This document shows positions 59,687-64,000 of a stretch of DNA of 64,000 nucleotides, piece after piece. Within the stretch, counting starts at the first letter, position 1. Each line of letters opens with the position of its first letter. The position numbers and the translations under genes are program-made. The stretch spans positions 2,976,001 through 3,040,000 of the forward strand of contig JBLDXI010000013.1 in assembly GCA_047495785.1 (NCBI GenBank), in the 5' to 3' direction. The stretch is from Lepidodermella squamata (lineage: Eukaryota > Animalia > Gastrotricha). Under the pieces are notes generated by a model that was not told the origin of the DNA, did not search any database, and saw only the letters and a program-made list of their open reading frames with translations.

Positions 59687-62600
59687 ATGGTTCTACCGGA
59701 AAACGGGCCTCTTGAAAATCTTGGAAACTACTACACCTTTGCAAAGAACCACATCCTTCGTTATCAAAACTGCATTTCAGGCCTGTTTCCGTCAAGTCTT
59801 GATGCGAAACCTGATGTCGCCTGCGTTCGCGAGTCGCTCTACTGCGCGATTTCGCTCTTCGCCCTTGGCCGAGCTTATGGCAGAGTCGGCTATGACGGCG
59901 GTCGACGTTATGAGTTAACGGGCAGCGCGGTAAAATGCATGCGAGGAATACTCGAGTGCTGGCTGAAACAAGCCGATAAAGTGGAAAAGGTAACTTTTTA
60001 ATTTGTAGTTCTATGATTTAGTCATTCCTGTTTTTTCCAGTTCAAAACCAATCAATCTGACGAAAATGCGCTGCATTCAAAATTCGATATTGTGACTGGT
60101 CTTTCTCTTAAAGAATCTAGTCATAATGTCCAAATCGATGTTGTTGCTCTTTATTTAGTTACGCTTGTAGAGATGACTTCAAGGTTTGATTTTTGTTGCC
60201 TCAACTATTATTTGCTGCAAGATTGTATTTTTCAGTGGTTATAAGATCATTTCATCGCCGCATGAAGTCAGTTTCATTCAAAACCTTGTATATTACATCG
60301 AAAGAGCCTATCGCACACCTGACTGGGGTATGTGGGAGTGCGGTTCTCGTTACACAAACGGCCATACTGAACTGAACGCCAGTGCGACTGGCCTGGCCAA
60401 AGCCGCTCTTGAATCAATCAACGGCTTCAACCTCTACGGTGATTCTGGCGCTTCTTGGAGTGTCGTCTACGTCGACGCGGATGCGCATCAGCGTAATCGC
60501 ACGATTTTCGAAACAATTCTTCCGAAGCAGTCGAATTCGAAAGATACCGACGCTGCTCTTCTTCCCGTAGTGCTATGGCCTGGTTACGCCTGTAATGACC
60601 CTCAACTTCGCGATAACACCGTCTCACGGCTTGTTGACACGTTGAGCGGAAAATATGGCATTAAACGTTTTCAACGTGACGGATTTGGTTTGACATTAGA
60701 AGACGCGTCATCACCCACCGGAACCCGACCGGCGGATAGCAAAAAATACGCTGGTATCGAATGCGAATGGCCAATGTTTCATTTGTACCTCGTTATAGAC
60801 CGGGCACTTCGCGGTCAAATTAAGGACGCGCGGCATATTTTCAGTACGAAAATCGAGCCATTTCTTGCCCACTCTGGTCTGCAGCCAGCCTGGTGCGGTC
60901 TTGGGCCTCGTTTGCCTGCCTATTACTACGTCTCTACGTCAGAGGTCGATGCGGAACGGGCCCAACCTGGCACGGCTCACAAATTGCCGAGTCAACACGC
61001 ATTCACGTCACAAATGCCGTGTTTATGGGCACAGTCATTGCTGTTAATCTCGCAACTCTTGTTAGACAGTTATTTGGACCCGGATGACCTCGATCCGATC
61101 GGACGACGTGCTGGGCATACGGGTGACTACTCATTGCGATACTCGTCGTTTCAACTCAGACCGGCCGAGCCTGTTGTTCAAGTCATTGTTATTGCGGAAA
61201 GCTTGCGTCTTCAACAGTTTTTGGCCACCTACGGCATTGTCAGCCAAACACCGCGTGAACTCGACCCAGTTCGCAGTAAGTTTAATTCTGATATTTGAAA
61301 TGGGTGAGCCAATGCTAAAAGCACTAAGCACTAAATTTGAGGCCCTAGCAATGAAGTCCTTCTAGATGTGATTTTACGAATTTTCCTTAAGGCATCAATT
61401 TTTTTTGTTATACCGATATTTTAAGCTGCATGAGTTACCATTTCGGACTGCCGCAACCTTTTTATTTGAATTTTTTATTTTTATTTTTTACATCGTCGCC
61501 GGGGAAATTTAGCACAAATCAGCCAGAAATTAAAAAATTCAAAATTTTCAATTGGTCGCCTTTCATTTGGCTGGCAAAGCCGATATCGATTTCCGGTATC
61601 GAATCACAAATTAGTGATTATTCTGATATCAAAGCGCTTGGAAGTCAATAATGAACAAATTTCTGTACACCTGGGGTTATAAGTTATCTAAAATATAAAA
61701 ACCCAGCGTTTCAAGGTGCATTGCCGATCAAAAAAGCCGATCAAAATCGCAAAAAATCGAAGTAATTTACCTCTATAAATCTTAATTCAAATTAGCGCTG
61801 AGAACTCAATTTTAGTACTAAATTATCTGAAATTTATGAAAAAAATGCATTTGATATTTCAGTTTGGTCTCCAAGTGAGCTGATCCGCGCCTACGAAAAC
61901 CTCGGTACATGCGAACGTCTCGGTCTATCCGGCCGACCTGTCCGCCCAATCGGCACCCTGGGCTGCGCTAAGACCTACAGTGTTTGCGGTACAACCGTCC
62001 TCTGCTACGTCGTGCGATTCAACGTCGCCGATTTCTACCTCTTCCACGACACTGAATACGTCATCGAAGAGGTGAGAGCCGATTTGCAGTTTCTCTCAAC
62101 TTGTTGGCGAATGGCTGGTCGTCCGACGTACTGCCTACTACTCCGAGAAGACAACTTCAAATCCGGCTCAGCCCCGCTAATTTTCAACTTATTAGCCGAA
62201 ATGAGGCAAGGCCAGTGCAGCGGGGTGCATGTTCAATTAGCTCGACTTCAGGTCGCGATGTCTCAGGCCTGTGTTGAACATCTCGACTTCATCGACGAGC
62301 AATCGATGGCGACTTTCCGCTCGCTTCAAGACCGCGAAATCACGCTGGAAGAGGGCGGCCGTAGCAGCTCACTATTCGCGGATCTGAGCGGCGTCCTTCA
62401 CTACACCCCCAGCCCATCCACGCGGTTGGATTTGATTGCTGGGGACGTTTTAGAGGGCGCGCCAACCGCTGGTAACTCGAAACGACCCTACGCCATGTTC
62501 GGCGAGGGCGAATTGATTCGTCTATACTCTTTCACTGAAAGCTTAACAACAAAAGCCCATATTTTGTACGAAGTTGTAAAACGATATGGTATGAACACCG

Positions 62601-63817
62601 AATTTCTGGTTCAGGGAACCAGCGCTCAAACACTGCTAGAGCAACTCTACGAAGAATCGGGCACAAAACGGCACTGGTTGGTCGTTCGATTGTGCGCGGC
62701 GATGTTGCATAAAGCCGTTGACAGTGTCGCGCCTGAAATTACGATGGCCCTAGTACGCGGGAAACGAGTCAGTCTCGGCGTTTTCGGTAAAGAGGAACAC
62801 GTTATCGAGCAGCCGTTGACACCCGCCGTGCTTCATCGCATCATCTACGACCTGATTTCACCGTACAACATCGCTGAAGCTGTACTTCAGCAGGAACTGA
62901 TCATTTTAACCGGTCGATTTATTACGTTGAACCCGAAATTATTCGAAGGAATTTTGACAATTCGAATCGGTTGGATCGTTCAAGCGATGGAGTTGCAATT
63001 AGCCCGTGACCAGCCTAACATTTCGTTATGGTCACTATCACCGGCGCAGATAAAGGAGCTTTTCGCGAAGGTTCTTTCAGTTCGACATGTAATAAACCCG
63101 CACAAATCTGCTCATTCGTTGAGTGGCACGAATAGCCAGAAAGGTTCTGCGACAAATTTGGCCGTGAAACCGTCAGAGTCGCGAATTAAATTTCAAGTCG
63201 ACCCGTTTGAGACATCTGGTCAAATCGGCGCATCTGGCCAGGATACGAATAAAACCGGGCTGGACGGCGAGTTGGTTGGTCATTTGAGAATGATCACCGG
63301 GGCGGTGAATCGCGTTCCGCCCTACTTTTACCGCCGGGTTTGGGACGTGTTGGAACGAGCGCCTCATGGCATTAAAATCGGCGGCTCGTTGCTGCCGCAA
63401 CAACCGACGTTGAGCGACATGACCCAGGGTGATGCGAATTTCGCCTTCAGTATTGAGCATTTATTAGGCCGCGTGCCTAACCCGGCCAGGCGGCAGTTGA
63501 TCGTTGAAACTCTGATGGTAATCTGGACGGTTTTGCATAGAAATCCCGAGTTGAAACCGAGTGGAACCGAGCCGATTGATGTTGACGCGATTTTGTACCA
63601 GGCCGTTGAAGACTTCGCCACGTCGAACAACCTTCAAATGCACCCGAGCGGTAATCCGAACAATAAGGAGGAGAGCGACGCCGTGTGGCAGCGGTTCTAC
63701 CGCCTAGACCCGGGCGGTGCGAGGGGTACCTGCAGTCTGTTGGCTCGAGCGCTTGTCGCCAAGTTGTTTTCAGCCGGTTTCGCGCTTCCGCCTGCCGATT
63801 TATGTGCGGTGTCTTGA
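59687..63817 (+). CDS. PHKB: Phosphorylase b kinase regulatory subunit beta (exons ~59687-59988, 60041-60183, 60236-61275, 61863-63817)
   Basis: GH15-like domain with GRRYELTGSAVKCMRGILECWLKQADKVE, QNLVYYIERAYRTPD and GIECEWPMF; LSGRPVRPIGTLG; C-terminal CAAX (CAVS). Confidence 0.93.
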
Positions 63818-63893
63818 ATGCACCGAAATTCTACTGACAAAATCGGCATATCCTATATTTTTATCCACTGTAATATATTTGGGCTGTGGAGCA

Positions 63894-63946
63894 TGAATTT
63901 CGGATACATTGATCAAATCCGCCTTAAAAAATGTATCCGAAATTCA
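63894..63946 (+). repeat. Perfect 17-bp inverted repeat downstream of the PHKB stop
   Basis: TGAATTTCGGATACATT ... AATGTATCCGAAATTCA with a 19-nt loop. Confidence 0.7.
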
Positions 63947-64000
63947 CAGTTCCAATTAGATTTTGGTGTTTCATTAACAAAAAATAAAGCTACATAATTT

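Noticed and set aside
1-64000. Prokaryotic, organellar or alternative-genetic-code origin
   Set aside because: Conserved animal genes translate with the standard code and GT-AG spliceosomal introns throughout.

Overview
Gene-dense eukaryotic genomic DNA from an invertebrate animal; many introns are only about 45-60 bp and the taxon cannot be fixed from this window. There are two conserved housekeeping blocks. Left: inactive lipase-like gene, MSH4, NUDCD2, a Cys-rich secreted protein and an unsplit ~3,240-aa KMT2C/D (MLL3/4). Right: CARMIL, CFDP1, bestrophin and PHKB. Between them lies a ~27-kb accessory region (about 21-47 kb). It holds two C-type lectin genes sharing a last exon, several MITE/Mutator-like and LINE relics, a non-autonomous P-element joining a truncated Cys-loop channel to a cadherin fragment, a classic P-element excision footprint, a divergent H2A(X-like)/H2B pair, and a co-oriented cluster of an OTU deubiquitinase, an AIG1/GIMAP GTPase and two orphan helical paralogs. 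Most notable: (1) a 43-nt histone 3' element identical in H2A and H2B that lacks a normal HDE and resembles a U7-like guide plus Sm site in cis; (2) a P-element family with a 16/17-nt footprint; (3) the putative OTU-GIMAP-amphipathic effector island; (4) an unrecognised four-Cys repeat module fused to a CTLD; (5) operon-like spacing with splice acceptors just upstream of start codons. All calls come from manual translation and motif recognition; no searches were run.
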